Source of the DNA: an uncultured Holophagales bacterium
GTDB lineage: Bacteria; Acidobacteriota; Thermoanaerobaculia; Multivoradales; UBA5704
Assembly: GCA_963842525.1 (NCBI GenBank)
Contig: CAWJGT010000001.1
Coordinates: 288,001-352,000, forward strand
Reading direction: 5' to 3'
Length of the DNA: 64,000 nucleotides
Program-made: the position numbers and the translations under genes
Notes under the pieces: model-generated
The model's input: the letters and a program-made list of their open reading frames with translations, nothing else
Database searches by the model: none
What the model was told of the DNA's origin: nothing
Shown: one piece after another, positions 10,339 to 19,200 of the stretch
How the letters are laid out: every line of letters begins with the position of its first letter
How positions within the stretch are numbered: position 1 is the stretch's first letter

Positions 10339-11244
10339 TTACGCGTGCAGGTTGACCAGCTTGCGGACATCCACCGCCAGCAGGAAGCCGGGCAGGTAGG
10401 TCGCGTCCGGGTAATACTCCCGCTGCAGGCGGGTGAAGTAGCTGCGGGCCGTTGCGACACGGCCCTCCAGGTTCTCCACCTCGCCGAGCAGATAGAGGGA
10501 GTTCTTCATGAAATCAGGCTCGCCGAGCTTCTCCGCCAGCTCCAGGGCGAGGACGCCATGGCGCCGCGCGTGGCCGTAACGGCCCACCTCCAGGTGGGCG
10601 AAGCACAGGTCGAGTCGGGGCGGAATCTGGTAGGTCTCCGGGCCGTGGCGACGCAGCAGCCGCAGGCTCTGGTGGAGCAGGATGAAGCCTTCGGCGAAGC
10701 GCTTCTGGAGGACGCGGCAATAGCCGAGGTTGTCGAGGATCATGCCGCGGGCGACGCCCGGCCCCTGGGGCATCAGCTCCAGGGCCCGCTCGTACTCGCC
10801 GGTGGCCTGCTCGACGTAGCTCTCGGCCAGCAGGGTGTTGCCGATCAGGTTGTGGCTGGAGGCGAGCCAGTCGCGGCGGCCGAGGGTCTCGGAGCGCTCG
10901 CGGGCGATGCGGGCATAGAAGAGGGCCTTCTTATAGCTCTTGGTCAGCTCGTAGAAGCGCGCCAGGTTGTAGGCGGCGACACGGCAGTTGACCGGATCAC
11001 CGTTGCGCATCAGGATCTCGCGCAGCCGCGGCAGCTCCCCGTCCCCATGTCCCAGCTCGATGGCGGCAGCCGCCCGGTTGCACAGCGCGAGGTCGATCTG
11101 GCGGTCGTCGCCGTGCTCGCGGGCCCAGGCGAGGGCGCGATCGAAGAGATCCTCCGCCTCCTCGATCCGGCCAGCGTCAATAGCTGCGGCCCCTCGGTCC
11201 CGCAGCTCCTCGAAGGTGAGTCGCACCCCTTGCTCCATACCCAT
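10339..11244 (-). CDS. tetratricopeptide-repeat protein
   Basis: Tandem TPR-like helices (AYNLARFY..YKKALFYARIA, SHNLIGNTLL..YERALE, LDNLGYCRV); no signal peptide. Confidence 0.85.
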   Translation of the reverse strand: MGMEQGVRLTFEELRDRGAAAIDAGRIEEAEDLFDRALAWAREHGDDRQIDLALCNRAAAAIELGHGDGELPRLREILMRNGDPVNCRVAAYNLARFYELTKSYKKALFYARIARERSETLGRRDWLASSHNLIGNTLLAESYVEQATGEYERALELMPQGPGVARGMILDNLGYCRVLQKRFAEGFILLHQSLRLLRRHGPETYQIPPRLDLCFAHLEVGRYGHARRHGVLALELAEKLGEPDFMKNSLYLLGEVENLEGRVATARSYFTRLQREYYPDATYLPGFLLAVDVRKLVNLHA

Positions 11245-11274
11245 CCTTTCGGCCTTTCCGGCCTTCCGGCTCCC

Positions 11275-11664
11275 CTACTCCTCGGAGCCCTCGCTTTGAC
11301 GACCGCCCTGGGCGTGCTTGAACGCGATGAAGTCCTCGACCTCGCGTTGCGCGTCCTCCGGCAGGGCTTTGAGTTGCTCGACCAGCTGCAGGTCGCGCGG
11401 CGTGATGGACTCCTGCGCGATCTCCTCGAAGAACTGGCCGATGCTCAGCTTGAACTCGGCCAGGATGCGGAACAGGGTGTCCAGGCTCACCCGGTACTCC
11501 CCCTGCTCCATGCGGGACAGGTCCGACTGCTGGATCCCCAGCCGGGACGACAGCTCGACCTGCGTGAGCTTGTGCTCCTTGCGCAGTTGGCGGATCTTCC
11601 GCCCCACGAGCTGGACCTGGTGAACGTGTTGGGTCATCTCGATCGGAGAAGTCCTGAGCGCCAT
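11275..11664 (-). CDS. XRE-family (HTH_3) transcriptional regulator
   Basis: VGRKIRQLRKEHKLTQVELSSRLGIQQSDLSRMEQGEYRVSLDTLFRI; alternative start at 11637. Confidence 0.92.
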   Translation of the reverse strand: MALRTSPIEMTQHVHQVQLVGRKIRQLRKEHKLTQVELSSRLGIQQSDLSRMEQGEYRVSLDTLFRILAEFKLSIGQFFEEIAQESITPRDLQLVEQLKALPEDAQREVEDFIAFKHAQGGRQSEGSEE

Positions 11665-11702
11665 ATATGCTACGCTATCATATCAGCGGGGCCTGCTGCA
11701 CA

Positions 11703-11731
11703 ATCCTAAGACTCCCCCGCGGGGCTGTCAA
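11703..11731 (-). promoter_or_regulatory. sigma70 promoter TTGACA-N17-TAGGAT for the XRE-TPR operon, with palindrome CCCCGCGGGG in the spacer
   Basis: Minus strand reads TTGACA (11731-11726), 17 nt, TAGGAT (11708-11703); palindrome at 11715-11724. Confidence 0.7.
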
Positions 11732-11789
11732 CCTTATTTCATGTCGTTTTGCCCAGAGGAGAGGACCGGACACACCCGTGCGCTACCAC

Positions 11790-12548
11790 ATGTTCCTCCT
11801 CCGGGAGCTCGTCCGGCGCGATTTCCAGGGGCGCTACGCCGGCTCGGTCCTCGGCTTCGTCTGGTCGCTGCTCCAGCCGCTCTGGCTGATCGCCCTCTTC
11901 ACGTTCGTCTTCTCGACGGTGATGAAGGTGAGCCTGGTGGGCGCGCGCACCGAGCACTTCGCCCTCTTCCTCTTCGCGGGGCTGCTGCCGTGGACCGCCA
12001 TCCAGGAAGGGGTGCAGCGCGCCTCGACCGCCATCACCGACAACGCGAGCCTGGTCAAGAAGCTGCGCTTCCCGGCGGAGATCCTGGTCCTGGCCGTCGT
12101 CCTCGCCGCCCTGCTGCACCAGACCATCGCCGCCGGGATCTACGTCGGCGCTCTGCTCTGGACCGGCGACTTCCGCTGGGGCGGGCTGCCTCTGCTCCTC
12201 CTCGCCGTGCCTCTCCAGATCGGCCTCACCCTGGGCCTCGGGCTGCTGCTGTCGGCGGTCCACGTCTTCTTCCGCGACACGGCGCAGATCCTGGGCATGC
12301 TGTTCAACGTCTGGTTCTATCTGACGCCGATCGTCTATCCGCCGCACCTGGTGCCGGAGCGGTTCCGGCCCTGGATCGAGCTCAACCCGCTCACCGCCCT
12401 GGTCGACCTCTACCGGCAGGCCTTCCTCGGCGGCAAGCCGTCCCTGGTGCCGGGGTGGGGAGCCCTGGCCGCGGTGGCGGCCGTGCTACTATCCGCCGGC
12501 TTTGCCGTGTTCAGACGGCTCAAGGCCTCTTTCGTGGACGAGATCTGA
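11790..12548 (+). CDS. wzm: ABC-2 polysaccharide export permease (Wzm/RfbA)
   Basis: ELVRRDFQGRYAGSVLGFVWSLLQP, LVKKLRFP, WFYLTPIVYP, LNPLT, FVDEI C-terminus. Confidence 0.92.
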   Translation: MFLLRELVRRDFQGRYAGSVLGFVWSLLQPLWLIALFTFVFSTVMKVSLVGARTEHFALFLFAGLLPWTAIQEGVQRASTAITDNASLVKKLRFPAEILVLAVVLAALLHQTIAAGIYVGALLWTGDFRWGGLPLLLLAVPLQIGLTLGLGLLLSAVHVFFRDTAQILGMLFNVWFYLTPIVYPPHLVPERFRPWIELNPLTALVDLYRQAFLGGKPSLVPGWGALAAVAAVLLSAGFAVFRRLKASFVDEI

Positions 12549-12573
12549 ACCGGTCCTCCGGTTCGTGCAGGAG

Positions 12574-14268
12574 ATGCAACGCATGGTTTGGAAAACGCTT
12601 TTGATCGTTCTCTGCACGCTGTCGGCACCCGTGGGCTCGTGGGGCCAGTCGCCGCTCCAGCCCCCGGACGCCGCCGCGGCGGCGGAGGCGCTGCGCAAGG
12701 CGAAGGCCGCGGCCGCGGCCGAGCAGGCTGCGGAGGACGAGGACACGGTCCTTGTCCCGGCGGCCGGCGAGGAGGAGGTGCTGACCGACGAGCAGGGCCG
12801 GAAGTACGTCCTGCGCAAGCTGAAGAAGGAAGAGGGGAAGTACCGGCGCCTCGAAGGCAACGTGATCCGCACCATCTGGGGGATCCCCATCGAAGCGGTC
12901 AAGGAGGACGACCAGTACTTCTATTACAAGGACTACAAGGTGGAGCGCATCGTCGACGAGTTCACGGGGCCGACCCCGGAGGACCTGGCCAAGATCGAGG
13001 AGTCCTACCGCTTCGACACGCCGGAGAGCCACCGCCTGCGCTTCACCCCGTTCAGCCAGGGCCTGCCCGACTCCGGGCAGTGGCGCAACGGGTTCGACCT
13101 CGCGGACATGAACGAGGACGGCCACCTGGACATCGTGCACGGGCCGGCGCGCAAGAGCCTGGGCACCCCCTCCATCTTCCTCGGCGACGGCAAGGGCAAC
13201 TGGAGCCGCTGGAAGGAGGCGCGCTACCCGTCGCTGCCCTATGACTATGGGTACGCCCGCGCGGCCGACCTGAACGGCGACCGCCATCCGGACCTCGTCC
13301 TCGGCATGCACCTGCGCGGCGTCGTGGCCCTGCTCGGGGACGGCAAGGGCAACTTCACCAACTGGAGCCGCGGCCTCGAGCTCCGCAGCGGCGAGGACAA
13401 AGAGTCATTCACCTCGCGCGCCCTCGAGGTCGTGGACTGGAACGGCGACCGCCGCCCCGACATCCTCGCCCTGGGCGAGGGGCCGCGCCTGATGCCGGGC
13501 CGGCGTGATCCCTCCGAGGCCAGGGAATCCTCCGGGATCCTGCTCTACCTCAACCAGGGAGACGGGAGCTGGAAGATGGACGACCGGGTCGTCGGCCCGG
13601 GCCATATCCACGGCGACGCGATCGCCCTCGGGGATTTCGACGGCGACAAGAAGAAGGACTTCGCGACCGGCACCAATGCCATGGACCGCGCCGACCTGGT
13701 GAACCTGCACCGGAACGGCCCCAACAGCGCCTGGGAGGTCGTGGCGCTCGACGGCATCGTCCGCCCCCGCTCCTACGTGCGCGGGGTCGCCGCCGGCGAC
13801 TTCGACGGCGACGGCCGCGACGACCTGGCGCTGGGGATCGCAAGCGCGGAGATCGAGGGGTGGAAGACGGTGCTCGACGTCCTCTTCTCCCGCAAGGGCG
13901 GGAAGTGGGAGCGCCGCACCGTCTTTTCCGAGGACGGGCGGGACGGGATCACGGCGGTGGACATCGGCGACCTCGACGGCGACCGCAAGCTCGACCTGGT
14001 GGCCCTGATGGGCGAGGGTACGACGCTGGTCTTCCTGGGCGACGGCAAGGGGAAGTTCACCCGCGAGGAGACCGGCATCGCGCCGTTCGAAGGAGGCTGC
14101 CGCGGCTACCACGTCCAGCTCGCCGATCTCGACGGCGACGGGCGGGACGAGATGGTGTCCGGCTTCGCGGGGGAGAGCTCCGCGCTGTTCGCGCCCGACC
14201 GGTGCCTCTCCGGAGGCGGTCTCCAGGCCTGGGACGCCGTGCGGGCGCAGCCGGAGGCGAAGAAATAG
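12574..14268 (+). CDS. secreted FG-GAP/VCBS repeat beta-propeller protein
   Basis: Signal peptide; about seven DxNGDGxxD loops (DMNEDGHLD, DLNGDRHPD, DFDGDGRDD, DLDGDGRDE). Confidence 0.9.
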   Translation: MQRMVWKTLLIVLCTLSAPVGSWGQSPLQPPDAAAAAEALRKAKAAAAAEQAAEDEDTVLVPAAGEEEVLTDEQGRKYVLRKLKKEEGKYRRLEGNVIRTIWGIPIEAVKEDDQYFYYKDYKVERIVDEFTGPTPEDLAKIEESYRFDTPESHRLRFTPFSQGLPDSGQWRNGFDLADMNEDGHLDIVHGPARKSLGTPSIFLGDGKGNWSRWKEARYPSLPYDYGYARAADLNGDRHPDLVLGMHLRGVVALLGDGKGNFTNWSRGLELRSGEDKESFTSRALEVVDWNGDRRPDILALGEGPRLMPGRRDPSEARESSGILLYLNQGDGSWKMDDRVVGPGHIHGDAIALGDFDGDKKKDFATGTNAMDRADLVNLHRNGPNSAWEVVALDGIVRPRSYVRGVAAGDFDGDGRDDLALGIASAEIEGWKTVLDVLFSRKGGKWERRTVFSEDGRDGITAVDIGDLDGDRKLDLVALMGEGTTLVFLGDGKGKFTREETGIAPFEGGCRGYHVQLADLDGDGRDEMVSGFAGESSALFAPDRCLSGGGLQAWDAVRAQPEAKK

Positions 14269-14296
14269 GAGCGAAGAGAAAAAAGAGCCTGGAGGC

Positions 14297-14326
14297 TTGA
14301 CAGCTTCTGGTGAGGCTCTATATAGT
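14297..14326 (+). promoter_or_regulatory. near-consensus sigma70 promoter TTGACA-N18-TATAGT
   Basis: TTGACA 14297-14302 and TATAGT 14321-14326, about 280 bp upstream of the paralog 1 ATG. Confidence 0.65.
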
Positions 14327-14607
14327 GCGGCAGCATAAATCGGGCTGTAACCGGACGGGTGCTGCGGCCCGGGCCTTGGTGCCCTCACCGCTGCCGCCCA
14401 TCACGGATGAAGAAGAAGACGGAAGAAGACGGAAGAAGTCGGCGCGAGCCTGTTCGGAGCGCCCAAACATCAACGATGTATGATATGAGTACACAAAACT
14501 TTTAACGGGAGGTGATCGTTCTCTGGAGAGAGTGAGATTCACGGTTGGTTTCGCATTTGTTTACGATGTAACCGCAAAAACCAGGAGATCTAGGAGATCA
14601 TCCAACC

Positions 14608-15951
14608 ATGAAGAAACTCGTGCTTTGCCTCGCTGTGGCGGGTCTACTGGTCCTTGGGGGCCAGGCCAGCGCGATCATCGGCACCGTCGATGATGTGCCC
14701 GCGGCGACCCTGCTGCTGCCCTACTTCGAGGTCGACCTCGACAATGTGAACGGGGTTCAGACCCTGTTCTCCATCAACAACGCATCGGACGTGGCGGCCG
14801 TCGCCCACGTCGTGGTCTGGTCCGACCTGTCGGTGCCGGTGCTTGACTTCAACATCTATCTCACCGGCTACGACGTGGTCACGATCAACCTGCGCGACAT
14901 CTTCGTCAACGGCGCGCTGCCGCGCACCGCCTCGGCGGCCCAGGACACGGGCGAGGCGGAGCCGGATCCCAATCCGACTCCGACGGCCATCAGCAACCAG
15001 GGTCTGTTCTCCGATGACGTGACCTTCGCGAGCTGCACCGGCTTCCTGCCGCCTCCGACCCTGCCGGATGACTTCATCCTGCACCTGCAGAACTCGCTCA
15101 CCGGCCAGGCCTCCAACATCCTGTTGGTTGGCGGAGCCCCCGGCTGCGCGGGTCAGCGCCTGAACGACCGCATCGCCCGCGGCTACATCACGGTCGACAC
15201 GGTCAACTCCTGCAACCTCGACTTCCCCTTCACCCCCGGCTACTTCATCAATGGCGGCCTGGGCACTGCGACCAACCAGAACATCCTCTGGGGCGACTAC
15301 TTCTATGTGAACAGCGGCCAGAACTTCGCCCAGGGCGAGACGCTGGTCCACGTCGAAGCCAGCTCGACCGACCCCGAGGTCACGGTTCCTGGCGAGTACA
15401 CCTTCTACGGCCGGTACGTGGCCTGGGCCGCCGCGGACAACCGCGAGCCTCTGGCGACGAACTTCGGCGTGCGCTTCATCAACGGCGGCATCTTCAGCGG
15501 CGGCACCAGCATCCTGAGCTGGCGTGACGCGAAGGTCAACCAGGGCGCCTTCACCTGCCCGGCAGTCTCGGGCGTTCGCCCAGCCTGGTACCCGCTGGGC
15601 CAGGAACAGATCGTGATCTTCGACGAGGAAGAGAACCCCGAGGTTCCGAGCACGCTGCCGGTTTCGCCGCCGCGTCCTGGCACCTCTCTGATTCCCTTCC
15701 CGGCTGAAGCCAACCGCACGCGAGTCGACGGCCCGGGCCTCCCGGTGACGCCGAGCTTCGGCTGGCTGTTCCTCAACCTGAACCAGTCGAACGCGGTCGC
15801 CGGCGCCAATCCGCCGGAGGATCCGCTGGCTGCTCAGGCCTGGGTGACGGCTGTGATGGATGCCGAGGGCCGGTTCAGCGTCGGCTTCGACGCCATCCAG
15901 CTCGACAACGCCACCAACGCCAATCACATCCCGATTGGCAGCGGCGACTAA
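14608..15951 (+). CDS. secreted surface-protein paralog 1 (S-layer/filament subunit candidate)
   Basis: Signal peptide, mature start IIGTVDDVPAATLLLPYFEVDL, RBS AGGAG, own terminator; near-identical to the genes at 22712 and 24221. Confidence 0.85.
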   Translation: MKKLVLCLAVAGLLVLGGQASAIIGTVDDVPAATLLLPYFEVDLDNVNGVQTLFSINNASDVAAVAHVVVWSDLSVPVLDFNIYLTGYDVVTINLRDIFVNGALPRTASAAQDTGEAEPDPNPTPTAISNQGLFSDDVTFASCTGFLPPPTLPDDFILHLQNSLTGQASNILLVGGAPGCAGQRLNDRIARGYITVDTVNSCNLDFPFTPGYFINGGLGTATNQNILWGDYFYVNSGQNFAQGETLVHVEASSTDPEVTVPGEYTFYGRYVAWAAADNREPLATNFGVRFINGGIFSGGTSILSWRDAKVNQGAFTCPAVSGVRPAWYPLGQEQIVIFDEEENPEVPSTLPVSPPRPGTSLIPFPAEANRTRVDGPGLPVTPSFGWLFLNLNQSNAVAGANPPEDPLAAQAWVTAVMDAEGRFSVGFDAIQLDNATNANHIPIGSGD

Positions 15952-15963
15952 GTCGTCCACTCC

Positions 15964-15996
15964 GGGTGGGCCCGGCTGCGCCGGGCCCACCCTTTT
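15964..15996 (+). terminator. rho-independent terminator
   Basis: gggtgggcccggc-tgc-gccgggcccaccc hairpin followed by tttt. Confidence 0.85.
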
Positions 15997-16202
15997 CTCC
16001 TCTCTCGATCCGCTCGTGGGTTGCTGCAACCTGAGGTGCGTCCGTGTGGACGTCGGGTTCCAGAAGCTCGGCGAGAGCTGCGTCCACTTCTACGGAAGGG
16101 CCGTTTCATGTACACTCGTCGATATACATGGCTTTACCTGGAGGAGACGATCGGTCCCGATCGACCGGTGGGCTCCAGGAGTTTTGGAAGGAGATCTTTG
16201 TG

Positions 16203-19200
16203 ATGGCGGATTCCTCTCCCTTCCCACGGCGCCCTTGGAGCCGGCTCTTCGCTGTGGCCCTCCTCGCGTTGCTCGGGGCCGCGGCCGTATCGTCGCCCCT
16301 TCAGGCCCAGCAGTGTGATCGGACCGGCTGCGGCCGGCTCAGCGGGGCATGCGGCGGGTTCTTTGCCAAACCCGCGCCGCAAAACCGGTGGACCGACCTC
16401 GAAGCCGTCGATCCCAGCCCCTTGCCGGTCACCCGCGACTCGACCAAGTTCAACCAGTCGGGGCAGGAGACGACCAACATCTTCGACTTCTTCAGTTGGT
16501 TCATGTCGGTCGACGTGGAGAACGGGTATCTGATCGGGGCCATCGCGCACGGGATCCAGATCTGGGACGTGCGCACCAACCCGAGCTCTCCGGTGCTGGT
16601 GTCGCAGTACAAGGGAGGGTGGGCAGCCCCCGCCGGCAACTGGCCGGAATGGGTCAACGATCCCCACGTCTTCTACCCCCTGTATGACGTCGACGCGCCC
16701 GCGGGCAAGGACAACGTGGCCGCGATCGTGGGGGAGGGCGGCATCGGCCTCACGATCTTCGATCTCACGGACAAGTCGCAGCCGAGGCTGGCCTACCGGA
16801 GCCACAAGAAGGACATGCGGCAGGTCTATGCGGCCACCATCGGCGGCGTCGACTACGCCTTCGGAGCCGCCTACCAGGGCGAGCCCTCGGGCGGTCTCTA
16901 CGTCTACAACATGACCGCCGCGAAGCAGTACTCGCTCTGCACCGAGGCCTGGCCGGCGGCGGGAGAGGCGGTCGCCTGCCCGGGCGTCTACGTCGGCAAG
17001 ACCGGCACGTTGACCAACGTCTATTACGTGGACGGCGTCGACAACTTCGTGGTCACCAGCGCGGGCGCGTCGCGCGGCTTCGAGATCCTGGACGTTTCGA
17101 ACCCCGCCAGCCCGCAGCAGAAGCTGAAGTCGCTCACGACCAGCAGCGTCTACGGCGTGGCCCTGTGGCGGGAGGGCGCCACCTACTATCTCGGCGCGAT
17201 CACCGACACCTCGCTGCGCATCTACGACGTGAGCTGCATCACCGGCTCGTGCTCGGGCCTCGGGGCGCCGCTCGCGACGATCCCCATGCAGCTCTCGACC
17301 CGCGAGGAGCTCCTCACCTTCTCGCGCAGCGGCGCCACGCCGTTCCTCTACGTCGGCTCGGACGACAACTGCCGGGGCGGCTCGCCGCAGCGCGAGTTCC
17401 TGTTCGACGTCTCGAACCCCGCGAGCCCTCGCAGCCTCGGCGGCCAGTCCTACTTCGACTGGTATTACCGGGGCAGCGCGACCGGCTTCAACCGCGTCGC
17501 TCCCCGCACGGCGAAGTTCAACAACGAGTACCTCTACCGGGCGGGCCTCTCGATCCTCGACATCCACAAGCTGCGCGTCGCGGGACCGCCGACGGCCGAT
17601 TTCACCCATGCCCCGACGGAGGTCTATCCGGGCACGCCGGTCCAATTCACGGACACGTCGACCGGCGGCGCGACGGGCTGGACCTGGACCTTCCCGCCGC
17701 AGGCCAGCGTCGCGGCCTCGCTCGTCCAGAACCCGGCCAACGTCACGTTCTCGACCACGGGCCCCTTCCCGGCGACCCTGCCGGTCAGCCTCGTCGTCAC
17801 GAACTCCGCCGGCACCAGCGCGCCGGCCCTCAAGACCGTGAAGGTGCTCGACCCGGCACCGCAGGTGGCCGACACCTCGGTGACGCCGCCGAGCCCGTAC
17901 GTCTGCCAGCCGATCACCTTCGAGGCCGAGGCCACGGGAAAGCCGAACCTCAGCTACGCCTGGACGATCACGCGCGACGGCGTGACCGCGCCGGTCAAGA
18001 CGGGCAGCGGCAACCCCTTCACCTGGAGCGACACCAACGCCGCGACGCCGGACGACTACACGGCCGTCGTCGAGGTGACGAACGGCGACAATCAGAAGAT
18101 CACCGCGCCGGCGACCTTCGTCCTCAATGCGTTGCCGGCCCTGCCCGCCGAGGGTGCCTTCGAGCCGGTGTGCACCAACTGCACGGCGGGCTCGCCGCCG
18201 TCCGGCACCGCCCTCCTGACAGTGAACGTGCCGGGAGCGACCGAGTGGTGCTGGGACTTCGGCGACGGCACGACGTTCCCTGCGGGCTGCGTCACCGCCG
18301 GCCTGATCTTCGGCACCTTCACCAGCGACCCGGAGAAGGGCCCGGCCACCTCGCACGTCTACACCACGACAGGCGCGAAGGCGGTCAAGGTGTACGTGAA
18401 GAACTGCGTCAACCTCGTGCCGCGCGCCGGCTCCCTGACCGTCAACATCACGCAGACCGAGCCGCTGGTGGCCGGCTTCCACCAGGTCGGCCTCTTCTGC
18501 CAGGCGCTCGGATGCTTCGGCTCCGTCAACCAGGCCATCACGTTCGAAGACTCCTCGACGGGCGCCGAGGTCTGGGACATCGACTGGAACGGCGACGGCT
18601 TCTCGGTCGGCACGGACAACCAGCTCGGGCTGACGGCCAGCGCCTTCACGAACAAGAGGATCACTCACACCTACACCTCCCCGGGCACGTACACCCCCAA
18701 GCTGCGGGTGAAGCGCGGCCTGGAGGTGAGCGACACCTACTCCCACACGCCGATCATCGTCAGCAGCTCCAACCCGGGACCGACGGCCTCGATCTCGGTC
18801 TCCGGCCCGGGCACCGGCAAGGTCAACACGAGCTACACGTTCGCCGCCTCGGCCACGGGCTGCACGCCGAATAACAGTTGGAGCTGGGGCGTCAGCGGGG
18901 GCACCATCGCCGGCGCCGCCGACGGCGCTTCGATCTCGGTCTCCTGGTCGAGCGCGGGGACGAAGACCGTCCAGGCCAGCAACAGCGGCTGCTCCGGCGT
19001 CCAGGGCTCGAAGCCGGTCTCCATCACGACCGACGACCCGGGGCCGGGCACCGGCACTCTCGAGGCGCAGTTCTCCTGGACGCCCACGACGCCCAAGTCG
19101 GGCGAGGCGGCCAGCTTCAACGGCTCGGCCTCGACCGGCGGTCCCGAGAGCTACGAGTGGAATTTTGGTGACAACACTCCCAACGCCAGCGGCGCCATCG

